64,000 nucleotides of DNA from NCBI GenBank assembly GCA_009774235.1, contig VSNJ01000001.1, positions 3,872 to 67,871 of the forward strand, in the 5' to 3' direction. Of this stretch, positions 55,317 to 64,000 are shown piece by piece. Positions within the stretch are counted from its first letter, which is position 1. Every line of letters begins with the position of its first letter. Source of the DNA: Lachnospiraceae bacterium. Its GTDB lineage: Bacteria > Bacillota > Clostridia > Lachnospirales > Lachnospiraceae. The position numbers and the translations under genes are program-made. The notes below the pieces were generated by a model. The model saw only the letters and a list, made by a program, of their open reading frames with translations. It had not been told where the DNA came from and ran no database searches.

Positions 55317-56069
55317 ATGAAAACAATAAGCATTTTGAACTTAAAGGGCGGCGTAGCCAAGACCTTTACAGCGGCAAATATGGCGTATGAGCTTTACCGC
55401 AGGGGCTATAAAGTCCTGCTGCTGGATAATGACAAGCAGGGTAACTTAAGCAAGGCATACGGAAGATACGACGCAGAGAGCGTAGCGCCGATAACAAAGC
55501 TGCTTAGCGGGGAATGGTTAAACCCAGAGGAAATAATACAGCATACGGAGTATGAGGGCATAGACATTATCACGGCGAATATGTCACTTTTCGGCGCTAC
55601 ATGGAATTTAACCAAAGAGGAAAACGAAAACCAGACGGAGCGGTATAGCGCTTGCAAGTTATGGCACTATGATTACTGCATCATAGATAACCCGCCAGAC
55701 ATAGGGCTTAACGTGATAAATGCGTTGGCAATAACGGACGAGGTTATAGTACCCGTAAAGCTGGATAATTACGCTTTAGAGGGGCTGGACATTGTGGCAG
55801 AGCAGATAGAGGACGTAAAAGAGTATAACCCAGCAATTAAGCTGGCGGGCGTTCTGATTACGTCATACCAGAACACGGACGGGGAGAGCGCAGGCGTGGA
55901 GTGGCTGGAAGAGCAGGGAATATATAATATTCTGGGGATTGTAAGATATTCAAAAAAAGTAGCGGAAAATTCTTTCCTGCAAAAGCCTATCTATGAGTAT
56001 AGCCAGTGCTGCGGGGCGGCGCAGGGGTACAAGAAATTTGTGACGGCATATACGGGGAAAGCGAGGTAA
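55317..56069 (+). CDS. parA: ParA/Soj family ATPase
   Basis: NLKGGVAKT, LLDNDKQGNLS, IIDNPP. Confidence 0.9.
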   Translation: MKTISILNLKGGVAKTFTAANMAYELYRRGYKVLLLDNDKQGNLSKAYGRYDAESVAPITKLLSGEWLNPEEIIQHTEYEGIDIITANMSLFGATWNLTKEENENQTERYSACKLWHYDYCIIDNPPDIGLNVINALAITDEVIVPVKLDNYALEGLDIVAEQIEDVKEYNPAIKLAGVLITSYQNTDGESAGVEWLEEQGIYNILGIVRYSKKVAENSFLQKPIYEYSQCCGAAQGYKKFVTAYTGKAR

Positions 56070-56074
56070 AGAAA

Positions 56075-56308
56075 ATGGGAAAAGAAAACTATAGAAAAGA
56101 TTATCAGATAGCAGGATATAGATTTGTTGAGTGCATATTATGCGGGAAACGTTATAATGCTGGGCGTGGTGGAAATGGTGCAGGGGTAAGGTACTGCCAA
56201 GCGTTAAAAAATGATTGGTGGGCTAGGCATATAGGGGAAGAAAGCGAAGAGAAAATACACGTACAAGAAAAAGACATAACATTGTGTGAAAAGATGAAAG
56301 CGAGGTAA
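56075..56308 (+). CDS. Small hypothetical protein (CxxC) inserted between parA and parB
   Basis: GAGG RBS; ECILCGK; flanked by 17-bp direct repeat. Confidence 0.65.
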   Translation: MGKENYRKDYQIAGYRFVECILCGKRYNAGRGGNGAGVRYCQALKNDWWARHIGEESEEKIHVQEKDITLCEKMKAR

Positions 56309-56313
56309 AGAAT

Positions 56314-57450
56314 ATGGCAAAGTTTGGTATAAATGACATTTTGAACGCAAAGACAAAGGCAGCGGGAGCGCCAACAGCGGCAGAGGGATACAAAGAGATT
56401 TATTTAAGCCCGTATGAGGTAAAGGCGGCGCAGGAGAACACGCACCAGAGCTTAGAGAACATAGAGGAACTGGCAGACAGCTTTTTACACGTAGGGCAAG
56501 AGCAACCAACGGTTTTAGCGAGGATAAAGGGCGAGTATTTCATAATCGACGGACACAGACGCAACGCCGCTAATATTCTGAATTTGGAGCGGGGACATAA
56601 GGAGTATAAAAAAGTCCTTTACCGCTATATGGATATGAGCGAGGCTATGTATGAGCTGCGGCTGCTGGCTGGCAACGGATACACGCAGCCGCTTACGGCA
56701 TATGAGAAAACAAGGTTAGTAGAGCGCACCAAAGCGGCGCTGATGCGGGCAAAGGAAGAGGACGGGCTAGAGATACAAGGAAAAATGCGGGATTTGATAG
56801 CCGCTATGCTGAATGAAAGCAGCACAAACGTAGCCAGAATGGAGAGCATAAACAATAACGCCACGCCAGAGGTAAAAGAGCAGCTTAAGAGCGGCAATAT
56901 GGGCATCACTGCTGCTTATGAGGCTGCAAAGCTGCCGCCAGAAGAGCAGAAAGCTATTGCTGATAAAGTGGCAGCGGGCGAGGACATAAGGGCAAAGGAG
57001 ATAGCCGCAAAGGTGGCAGAGAAAACAGCAGCCAAAGCCGCAGAGGACGCAGAGCAGGCGCAGCGGGATTATGAAAAGCAGCAGGAAGAGAGTGACAAAG
57101 AGATAGAAAAGGCAGAGCGCAAGCGGGAAGAGGCAGAGGAAAAGGCAAAAGAGGCAGAATTAGCCGCCCAGCACGCAAAGGTACTGCGGGAGTGGGTAAA
57201 GGAGAGCGTAAGCGCCGCAACGAAAGCCGCCGCAGATGCCGTGCTAAAGGTGTCCGAAACGGACACGCCGCAAAAGGACTGGAATAATACGGAGTGGGTA
57301 GTATTTACCGCAAGGGAGATTATGCAGCAGGCAGACAAGGTAAGCGAGGACGATTTATATTTACTGCATGAAATCATGTTGCGCTGCCAGACAGAGCCGC
57401 AGGACGCAGCGGGGGGGGGCAGAGCAGATAGCGGGACAAATGAGCATTGA
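56314..57450 (+). CDS. parB: ParB/Srx domain protein
   Basis: IEELADS, GQEQP, IIDGHRR; HTH-like middle; charged helical tail. Confidence 0.85.
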   Translation: MAKFGINDILNAKTKAAGAPTAAEGYKEIYLSPYEVKAAQENTHQSLENIEELADSFLHVGQEQPTVLARIKGEYFIIDGHRRNAANILNLERGHKEYKKVLYRYMDMSEAMYELRLLAGNGYTQPLTAYEKTRLVERTKAALMRAKEEDGLEIQGKMRDLIAAMLNESSTNVARMESINNNATPEVKEQLKSGNMGITAAYEAAKLPPEEQKAIADKVAAGEDIRAKEIAAKVAEKTAAKAAEDAEQAQRDYEKQQEESDKEIEKAERKREEAEEKAKEAELAAQHAKVLREWVKESVSAATKAAADAVLKVSETDTPQKDWNNTEWVVFTAREIMQQADKVSEDDLYLLHEIMLRCQTEPQDAAGGGRADSGTNEH

Positions 57451-57477
57451 GGACTACCAGAAAGGCGGGCAGTAGGC

Positions 57478-57849
57478 ATGGACGGGCTGATAATCAAAGA
57501 AAAGTGGTTAAGGCTGATTTTAAGCGGCTTGAAAAGCTGGGAAATACGGGGCAGCAGGACAAAAAAGAGAGGCACAATATATTTAATCCAAAGCGGCAGC
57601 AGTCACATTATGGGACAAGTGGATATTGTAGACTGCATAGAGCTTACAAAAGAGAGGTACGAGAAAAACAGAGGAAAGCACTGTATAGAGGCGGGCTGGG
57701 AAAGCCTGCCTTACAGTGTTCCTTACGCATGGGTACTTGAAAATTGTGTGCAGTACCAAAAGCCGATACCGTATAAGCACCCACAAGGGGCGGTTATCTG
57801 GGTAAAAGGTATAGCACGGGAAAGAGAGGTAGAACAGCATGAAGTATAG
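57478..57849 (+). CDS. ASCH domain protein
   Basis: ILSGLKSWEIR, GQVDIVDC, YAWVLEN. Confidence 0.85.
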   Translation: MDGLIIKEKWLRLILSGLKSWEIRGSRTKKRGTIYLIQSGSSHIMGQVDIVDCIELTKERYEKNRGKHCIEAGWESLPYSVPYAWVLENCVQYQKPIPYKHPQGAVIWVKGIAREREVEQHEV

Positions 57850-58369
57850 GCAGTGGAAAAAGAATTATAAAAAACTGCATGGAGTAAACCCACCTTTAGA
57901 ACTGGATAAGCGCAAGCAGCGCAGGCTTGCGAAAAAGGCAATTAAGAATATAAACCGCATAGACCTTGCATCTGTAGCCACAAGAGCGGCAGAGGCATTT
58001 ACAAACGCTTTAGCGTCTTTTATGCGGGGGCTGGGCGGGGCTTTTGATACGGCAGGGACGGTATGCAGGAATGTTGCCGATAATGTGCAGCCGATAGAGA
58101 TTAAGGGGCGTACATTCAGCTGGCAAGTGAGGGAATACGGCAGCAGCTTTCATGCAGTGTATGAGATAAACGCACTGGGCGGCGCTGATGAGCTTAGAGC
58201 CGTTACATATAGCCAAAAGGCAGCAGAAAAGATAGCGGAGATATTAGAGAGCGACCACTTAGAGCATATAAGGCAGACAAGCCCAGATAGGATACAGCGC
58301 AGGAATGATGCAGCAGACGGCTTACGGGCAGCAGTCATTACGGCGTATGAAAGCGGGGTGCTAAAATGA
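57839..58369 (+). CDS. Phage hypothetical protein
   Basis: MKYRQWKKNYKKLHGVNPP; RBS and overlap. Confidence 0.75.
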   Translation: MKYRQWKKNYKKLHGVNPPLELDKRKQRRLAKKAIKNINRIDLASVATRAAEAFTNALASFMRGLGGAFDTAGTVCRNVADNVQPIEIKGRTFSWQVREYGSSFHAVYEINALGGADELRAVTYSQKAAEKIAEILESDHLEHIRQTSPDRIQRRNDAADGLRAAVITAYESGVLK

Positions 58370-58791
58370 GCGAAAAAGGCAACGGCTGGATTTATGTAAA
58401 TCCTTACCCAGAATACGAGGAATTATTTAAGCGTATTGAGGCGGCATTAGGATTTAAGTTATTTACATGGCAAAAGAGCTTTATAGTTTTGGGACATTTC
58501 AGACGGTACGGGGAAACAACAGCAATGATTTTAAAAGAATTGCTAGATACAGAGGCAGCGCCATTAGATTACACAAGGCGGGGTATGAGCCATAGAGAAG
58601 ATTTTTATAGACGGGAGCTTAGAGGGATACAAGAGCGTCTGGAAGATGCGGGGATAAAAACAAGGGTAGTGTTTTGGAGTGTTGAAGATAAACAGAGATA
58701 CAGAGAGAGCTACAAGGGGACTTGCGAAAAGCGGGACTGTAGGCGCTGTCCGTTTCCACCGTGCAGGAAAGGAGAGAGCAGGCATGACTAA
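58366..58791 (+). CDS. Phage hypothetical protein
   Basis: ATGA overlap; C-terminal Cys cluster. Confidence 0.7.
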   Translation: MSEKGNGWIYVNPYPEYEELFKRIEAALGFKLFTWQKSFIVLGHFRRYGETTAMILKELLDTEAAPLDYTRRGMSHREDFYRRELRGIQERLEDAGIKTRVVFWSVEDKQRYRESYKGTCEKRDCRRCPFPPCRKGESRHD

Positions 58792-58874
58792 TTTTTTAAT
58801 GGTTATTGTAATTATGGTGCTGCTGGATATTGACGGGCGGCTGATAAAAATGAATGAAAGGCAGGGCAAGGAAG

Positions 58875-59384
58875 ATGCAGGAAACAACGATTGAAGTAAC
58901 GCCAGAGGTAGAGCAGCTGATACAGAAAGTGGCACGGGCAGCAGTAGCCGAGTACAAGAGGCAGGAAGAAAAAGAGCGCAAGCGTGATAAGTACCACAAT
59001 ACTTTTACGCTTATGAAATGCTACCGTGATGCCGCTTTCCATATCGAGAACGCCATAAGCGACGGCGAGCAGTTAGAGCTTAAGGGAATGACCGACGAGC
59101 AGCAGAGGACGTACTTAGAGAGCGTGAGGCGCAGCCGATTTAAAACTCTGATTATGACAGCACACATAGACAAGGCGGTAGAAGAGATAGAGCATAGGCG
59201 CAGAATGGCTGGCAGGGAAATAGAGTATAAGGCTTTTGAGCTGTATTTTATACAGGGCTGGGACTATGAGGCAATAGCAGAGAAACTGGGGACGGGGAAG
59301 AACACGCCGAGGCGCTGGGTAACTGGCATAATCAATGAGTTGTCGGTACTGTTATGGGGCATAGACGAGGATAAGCTAAAATAG
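58875..59384 (+). CDS. Putative late-gene transcriptional regulator (ArpU/RinA-like, C-terminal HTH)
   Basis: Last early gene; YFIQGWDYEAIAEKLGTGKNTPRRW. Confidence 0.7.
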   Translation: MQETTIEVTPEVEQLIQKVARAAVAEYKRQEEKERKRDKYHNTFTLMKCYRDAAFHIENAISDGEQLELKGMTDEQQRTYLESVRRSRFKTLIMTAHIDKAVEEIEHRRRMAGREIEYKAFELYFIQGWDYEAIAEKLGTGKNTPRRWVTGIINELSVLLWGIDEDKLK

Positions 59385-59399
59385 CAGGCTGGCAGCAGG

Positions 59400-59522
59400 C
59401 GTGGTAATACCGTGGTAAAAACGTGGTGTTTACATGGGAATTTGAAAGCTGTATAATGGTAACATGAAAAGAGTAGGCGATAGCTTAGCCGTGATGCGGC
59501 AGCAGTAGCCTACTCTTTTTTG
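59400..59522 (+). promoter_or_regulatory. Late promoter with phased repeats and downstream terminator-like hairpin
   Basis: C(G/A)TGG at 59400, 59411, 59422, 59433; TTTACA-17-TATAAT; AAAAGAGTAGGC..GCCTACTCTTTT. Confidence 0.65.
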
Positions 59523-59598
59523 TTTTCATTCTTTAGCCTCTACCCAGCGCATGAAACTTAGGGCGCTGGGAATACAAAGGGAAAGGAGCGGGGACAGT

Positions 59599-59895
59599 AT
59601 GAAAGCATGGGCTAAGAGTTTCTATCTATCGGCGGCATGGGAGAATACCAGAGCCGCTTACTTAATGTCACAAGATTATATATGCGAGCGCTGCGGAGAG
59701 CCTGCAAAGGTGGCACACCACAAGCGCTACATAACACGGGCAAACATTAACGACGCAAACATAACGCTTAACTGGGATAACCTAGAGGCGCTATGCCAAG
59801 ACTGCCATAATAAAGAGCATCATAAGCGAGCGCCAAAGCTGCGGTATGGTTTTGACGCAGACGGGCGCATAGTCCCCCCCTATTCAGAAAAATAA
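59599..59895 (+). CDS. Phage HNH endonuclease (packaging cofactor)
   Basis: CERCG, HH, NLEALCQDCHNKEH; precedes terminase. Confidence 0.9.
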   Translation: MKAWAKSFYLSAAWENTRAAYLMSQDYICERCGEPAKVAHHKRYITRANINDANITLNWDNLEALCQDCHNKEHHKRAPKLRYGFDADGRIVPPYSEK

Positions 59896-60005
59896 TTAAA
59901 GGGGGAAAATACCGAGGGGGATACCCTAAAATTACCCTACGGGCGTGCGCATACGTGGTGTAGGGGGTGTGGTGGGGTGCAGGAGAGGAAAGCGGGGTAA
60001 AAGGA

Positions 60006-60359
60006 ATGGCGACAAAGACGGAAAAGACAAAAGAACAGCGTATTAAGTCTGAAAAGAGCAGGCTTAAAAGGATTTTCAAGGACTTAGACGAGAATAAGAA
60101 AAACTTAGTAACGCCGCTGATAGAAAAGGCTGCATTTATGAGCGTGGAGCTTGACGACTTGCAGGAAATCATAGAGCAGGACGGCTGGACGAGCGAGTAT
60201 AAGAACGGCGAGAACCAGTACGGGACAAAGAAAAGCCCAGAGGCAGACACGTACATAGCATTAAGCAAGAATTATGCAGCAGTCATAAAGCAGCTGACCG
60301 ATTTAGTACCAGCTGCAAAACGGAAGAAAAGCAGGCTAGAGGCGCTGCGGGAAGAGTAG
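60006..60359 (+). CDS. terS: Terminase small subunit (P27-like)
   Basis: Position; IEQDG..YKNGENQYGTKKSP. Confidence 0.75.
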   Translation: MATKTEKTKEQRIKSEKSRLKRIFKDLDENKKNLVTPLIEKAAFMSVELDDLQEIIEQDGWTSEYKNGENQYGTKKSPEADTYIALSKNYAAVIKQLTDLVPAAKRKKSRLEALREE

Positions 60360-60365
60360 GCGAAA

Positions 60366-62018
60366 GTGCCGTATAAAAACTATATCTATGAGTACCACGC
60401 TAAGATTACAAGCGGCGAAATTGTAGCGGGAAAATGGATAAAGGCAATCTATAAAATCATTGTGGACGGGCTGGAAAAGCAGGAGTATTTTTTTAATGCA
60501 AAGGCGGCAAACAAGGCTATAAAGTTTATAGAAAATTTTTGCCACCACAGCAAGGGGCGCAACGATTTAATCAAGCTGGAACTATGGCAGAAAGCCATAG
60601 TTTCTGTAATTTTTGGAATACAAGACGCAGAAAAAACACGCATTTTCCGTGAGATTTTTATAGTAATTGGCAGAAAAAATGGAAAGAGTTTGTTTGCATC
60701 TGCGATTATTGCATACATGGTGTACCTAGAGCCAGAGTACGGGCAGGAAATCTATTGTTTAGCGCCGAAGTTAGACCAGGCAACGCTTGTGTATGACGGA
60801 TTTTATAAAATGGTGCAGGCAGAGGACGAGCTAAACGAGCTGGCGAAAAAGCGGCGCAGCGATATTTACTACGAGGAAACAAACAGCTTTGTAAAGCCTA
60901 TCGCATTTAACGCCAAGAAGTCTGACGGATTTAACCCGCAGCTGGTGGTATGTGACGAAATGGCGGCATGGAGCGGCGACGCAGGGCTAAAGCAGTATGA
61001 GGTTATGAAATCCGCTTTAGGCGCACGCCGCCAGCCTATGATTTTATCTATCAGTACCGCTGGATACATAAACGACAGCATTTATGATGAGCTGATGAAA
61101 CGAAGCACCAGCTTTTTAAAGGGCAACAGCAAGGAAAGGCGGCTTTTGCCGTTCTTATACATGATAGACGACGTGGAAAAGTGGAACGATATAGAAGAGC
61201 TTAAGAAAGCTAACCCTAACATGGGCGTATCTGTACCAGAGAGCTTTTTCATGGACGAGATAGCAGTAGCAGAAAACAGCTTAAGCAAGCGGGCAGAATT
61301 TTTAACAAAATACTGCAATATCAAGCAGAACAGCTCTATAGCATGGCTGGAATATGCGACAGTGGACGGCGCAGGCATTGAAAAGACCTTAGAGGACTTT
61401 AGGGACTGCTACGCCGTGGGCGGCATAGACTTAAGCCAGACAACGGACTTGACCGCAGCAAGCGTGGTAATTGAAAAGGGCGGCGTGCTTTATGCGTTTA
61501 CTCAATTCTTTATGCCACGGGGCAGAGTGGAAACCTTGCAGGCTACGGACGGTGTGCCGTATGACATTTTTGTTAAAAAGGGGCTGATAACCTTAAGCGG
61601 CGACAACTACGTAGACTACCACGACGTATACGCATGGTTTACGGGGCTGGTAGAAAATTATGGTATTTATATACTCAAGATAGGGTATGACCGATACATG
61701 GCAAAATATCTGATTGAGGAATTGAAAGACTACGGTTTCCAGACAGACGACGTGCATCAAGGAGAAAACTTAACGCCAGTCATACGGGAGTTTGAGGGTA
61801 TCATAAAAGACGGCAATTTCAAGATTGCAGACAATAATTTGCTAAAGACACATTTCTTGAATGTTGCGCTTAAGCACAACATGGAAACAAGGAAATTTAG
61901 ACCGATAAAGATAGAGCAGCGGGCGCATATCGACGGCTTTGTATCCGTCATAGACGCTATGACGGTAAGACAAAAATACTGGGAAGAGTGCGGCGAGCTG
62001 CTTAAAAATGCCGCATAG
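60366..62018 (+). CDS. terL: Terminase large subunit
   Basis: LELWQK, GRKNGKS, VCDE, ISTAG, GIDLS, IDGFVS. Confidence 0.95.
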   Translation: MPYKNYIYEYHAKITSGEIVAGKWIKAIYKIIVDGLEKQEYFFNAKAANKAIKFIENFCHHSKGRNDLIKLELWQKAIVSVIFGIQDAEKTRIFREIFIVIGRKNGKSLFASAIIAYMVYLEPEYGQEIYCLAPKLDQATLVYDGFYKMVQAEDELNELAKKRRSDIYYEETNSFVKPIAFNAKKSDGFNPQLVVCDEMAAWSGDAGLKQYEVMKSALGARRQPMILSISTAGYINDSIYDELMKRSTSFLKGNSKERRLLPFLYMIDDVEKWNDIEELKKANPNMGVSVPESFFMDEIAVAENSLSKRAEFLTKYCNIKQNSSIAWLEYATVDGAGIEKTLEDFRDCYAVGGIDLSQTTDLTAASVVIEKGGVLYAFTQFFMPRGRVETLQATDGVPYDIFVKKGLITLSGDNYVDYHDVYAWFTGLVENYGIYILKIGYDRYMAKYLIEELKDYGFQTDDVHQGENLTPVIREFEGIIKDGNFKIADNNLLKTHFLNVALKHNMETRKFRPIKIEQRAHIDGFVSVIDAMTVRQKYWEECGELLKNAA

Positions 62019-62026
62019 AAAGGAGA

Positions 62027-63334
62027 GTGGACGGTATCAAATTCTTAGATTATCTTTTTCACAAAAAAGAATTAAAAGCACTGGGAAATTATTTCAAGAT
62101 GCTTAACGGGTACAGCCCTACATTTACCAGCTATAGCGGCGGCGTATATGAAATGGACTTAACCAGAACGGCAATAAACAGCTTTGCAACGCATTGCAGC
62201 AAGCTAAAGCCAGAGATAGAGGGCAGCGCATTAAAGCGGCTGGAAAAGACGCTACAGTACAAACCTAACTATTTCATGGATACTACAAAATTCATAAAAA
62301 GGCTGGCGACCTATGTAGCGGTGGAACACACCGCTTTTATTGTGCCTATCGAGGACGAGAACGGGACGCTTTGCGGCTGGTATCCATTGCGAGCGGAACG
62401 GTGCGAGGTAAGGGAAGTAAACGGCGGCATATATCTACGCTATCTTTTTGCAAATGGCGAGTATGGCGCTATTGAATTTGAAAAGGTGGGGATACTGACA
62501 GACTTTGAATATAAAGACGACCTTTTCGGAGAGGACAACAGCACGCTACAGCCAACAATGCAGCTGATACATACGCAGAATGAGGGCATTATAAATGCCG
62601 TCAAAAATTCTGCAAATATACGTTTTCTGGCAAAGGTGGCAAATATGCTGAAGCCAGAGGACATAAAAAAAGAGCGGCAGAGGTTTACAGAGGAAAACTT
62701 AAGCGCAGAGAATGACAGTGGCATGATTATTTACGACAATAAATTCAGCGAGCTTAAGCAAGTGGAAAGCAAGCCATACACGCCAAACGCTTTGCAGATG
62801 CAGCTTATACAAGACAATGTATGTACGCATTTTGGTACAAACATGGATATTCTGCAAAACAAATTCAATGAGGAAACGTGGAACGCCTACTATGAGGGAA
62901 AGATAGAACAGTTTGCAATACAGCTATCGCTTGTAATGACAAACATGAGCTTTACCGAGAGGGAGAGGGCGTGCGGTAACGCTATTACGTTTTCGGCTAA
63001 CCGCCTGCAATATGCCAGCAACGCAACAAAGCTGCAAGTAAGCACGCAGCTTTTTGACCGTGCATTATTGAACCGTAACGGCGTGATGGATATATGGAAC
63101 ATGGCGCACGTTGAGGACGGCGACAAGTATTATATCCGCAAGGAATACACGGAAGTAAGCCAGCTGGGTAAGGGAGAGGAAAAGCCGCAGATAATCATAC
63201 AGCAGATGCCGCAGGAGAGCGGCAAGGGGCAGCAGGCGGGAGAACCAGCAGGGGACGGACAGACGCAGGAAACACAGACAGAGCCGCCGCAGGACGGCAG
63301 CGGGCAGAAAGAGGGTGTAAAAGATGCCGATTAA
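62027..63334 (+). CDS. Portal protein (HK97 family)
   Basis: Follows TerL; KPNYFMD, YPLR; size. Confidence 0.88.
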   Translation: MDGIKFLDYLFHKKELKALGNYFKMLNGYSPTFTSYSGGVYEMDLTRTAINSFATHCSKLKPEIEGSALKRLEKTLQYKPNYFMDTTKFIKRLATYVAVEHTAFIVPIEDENGTLCGWYPLRAERCEVREVNGGIYLRYLFANGEYGAIEFEKVGILTDFEYKDDLFGEDNSTLQPTMQLIHTQNEGIINAVKNSANIRFLAKVANMLKPEDIKKERQRFTEENLSAENDSGMIIYDNKFSELKQVESKPYTPNALQMQLIQDNVCTHFGTNMDILQNKFNEETWNAYYEGKIEQFAIQLSLVMTNMSFTERERACGNAITFSANRLQYASNATKLQVSTQLFDRALLNRNGVMDIWNMAHVEDGDKYYIRKEYTEVSQLGKGEEKPQIIIQQMPQESGKGQQAGEPAGDGQTQETQTEPPQDGSGQKEGVKDAD

Positions 63335-63920
63335 GAAAGAACGGGAATATAGGACGCTGGCAGCACCGCTGACCGCTGGGGCTGCCGAAAAGCGGATACA
63401 GACGGATTTTTACGTAGAGGGATACGCCACCACGTTTAACGTGCCGTATCTGCTTTATGAGTTTGAGGACGGCACGAAGTATTACGAAAGAATAGACGCA
63501 CACGCACTGGACGGCGCAGACATGAGCGACGTTATCATGCAGTACGACCATGAGGGCAGGGTATTTGCAAGACAGTCAAATAAAACGCTTATCTTAGAGC
63601 CAGACACAAAAGGGCTTATGATAGCAGCCGATTTAGGCAGGACAGACTTAGCCCGTGGGCTGTACCAAGACATAGAGGCAGGCATGATAACTAAAATGTC
63701 ATGGGCATTTACAGTGGCAGAGGAAAGCTACGAAAGAGCCACGCACACCAGAACAATATTAAAAATCAAAAAGGTTTATGACGTATCCGCAGTAAGCATA
63801 CCAGCAAACGGCGATACGGAAATAAGCGCCCGTGCTTTTGCACATAGGAGTTATGAGCAGGAGCGGCAGGAGTTGCTACAGCGGCGTATAAATTTACTAA
63901 AGATTATGGCAAGCCTATAA
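63324..63920 (+). CDS. HK97-family prohead protease
   Basis: VEGYATTF, YDH, MSWAF, YDVSAVSIPAN. Confidence 0.9.
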   Translation: MPIKKEREYRTLAAPLTAGAAEKRIQTDFYVEGYATTFNVPYLLYEFEDGTKYYERIDAHALDGADMSDVIMQYDHEGRVFARQSNKTLILEPDTKGLMIAADLGRTDLARGLYQDIEAGMITKMSWAFTVAEESYERATHTRTILKIKKVYDVSAVSIPANGDTEISARAFAHRSYEQERQELLQRRINLLKIMASL

Positions 63921-63953
63921 GAAAATCAAAACCAGAAAAGGAGAGCAGAAACA

Positions 63954-64000
63954 ATGAGATTGAAAGAGATTGAGGCAAGATTAGCCCAGATTAAGCAGGA
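63954..64000 (+). CDS. Probable major capsid protein, N-terminus only
   Basis: AAGGAG RBS; MRLKEIEARLAQIKQ.. coiled-coil start after protease. Confidence 0.65.
   Translation, partial: MRLKEIEARLAQIKQ

Larger units (their letters stand above)
48094..64000 (+). mobile_element. Prophage (HK97-type head module), left part; continues beyond window
   Basis: Abrupt shift in GC and codon style after plsC; dense co-oriented phage genes ending in terminase, portal, protease. Left boundary approximate. Confidence 0.92.

Noticed and set aside
57411..57419. G9 tract in parB as a phase-variation switch
   Set aside because: Lies about 10 codons from the stop, so slippage would alter only the tail
58366..58791. 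Helicase/terminase-like P-loop (WQK..RRYGETT)
   Set aside because: Walker A Lys missing and protein too short; insufficient support

Overview
AT-rich chromosomal DNA from a Clostridia/Lachnospiraceae-like gut Firmicute (1-48093), followed by the left part of a visibly GC-richer, all-plus-strand prophage (~48094-64000, running off the window). Host part: addB and addA split by an inverted acetyltransferase gene; a galactoside locus (two sugar-binding sensor proteins, YesMN-like two-component system, secreted GH2 beta-galactosidase, mglBAC); blaI/blaR1-like pair; nadE; a second BlaR1-like gene; a complete F1Fo ATP synthase operon with a Na+-type c subunit; ispE; an M15 carboxypeptidase; plsC. 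Prophage part: HK97-type head module (HNH, TerS, TerL, portal, protease, start of capsid) preceded by an early region with no visible integrase, repressor, helicase or primase. Instead it has an IS30-type HTH, an atypical tRNA-like element, a DNA methyltransferase, a DarA_C-like protein, SSB, an HUH rolling-circle Rep with a phiX174/pC194-like CTTGATA site just upstream, and ParA/ParB. Best leads: the HUH-Rep/ParAB tailed prophage, its tRNA-like and structured RNA region, direct-repeat-bounded gene cassettes, a circularly permuted MglB, and a family of nested-hairpin intergenic elements. All calls are by eye from motifs; no searches were run.
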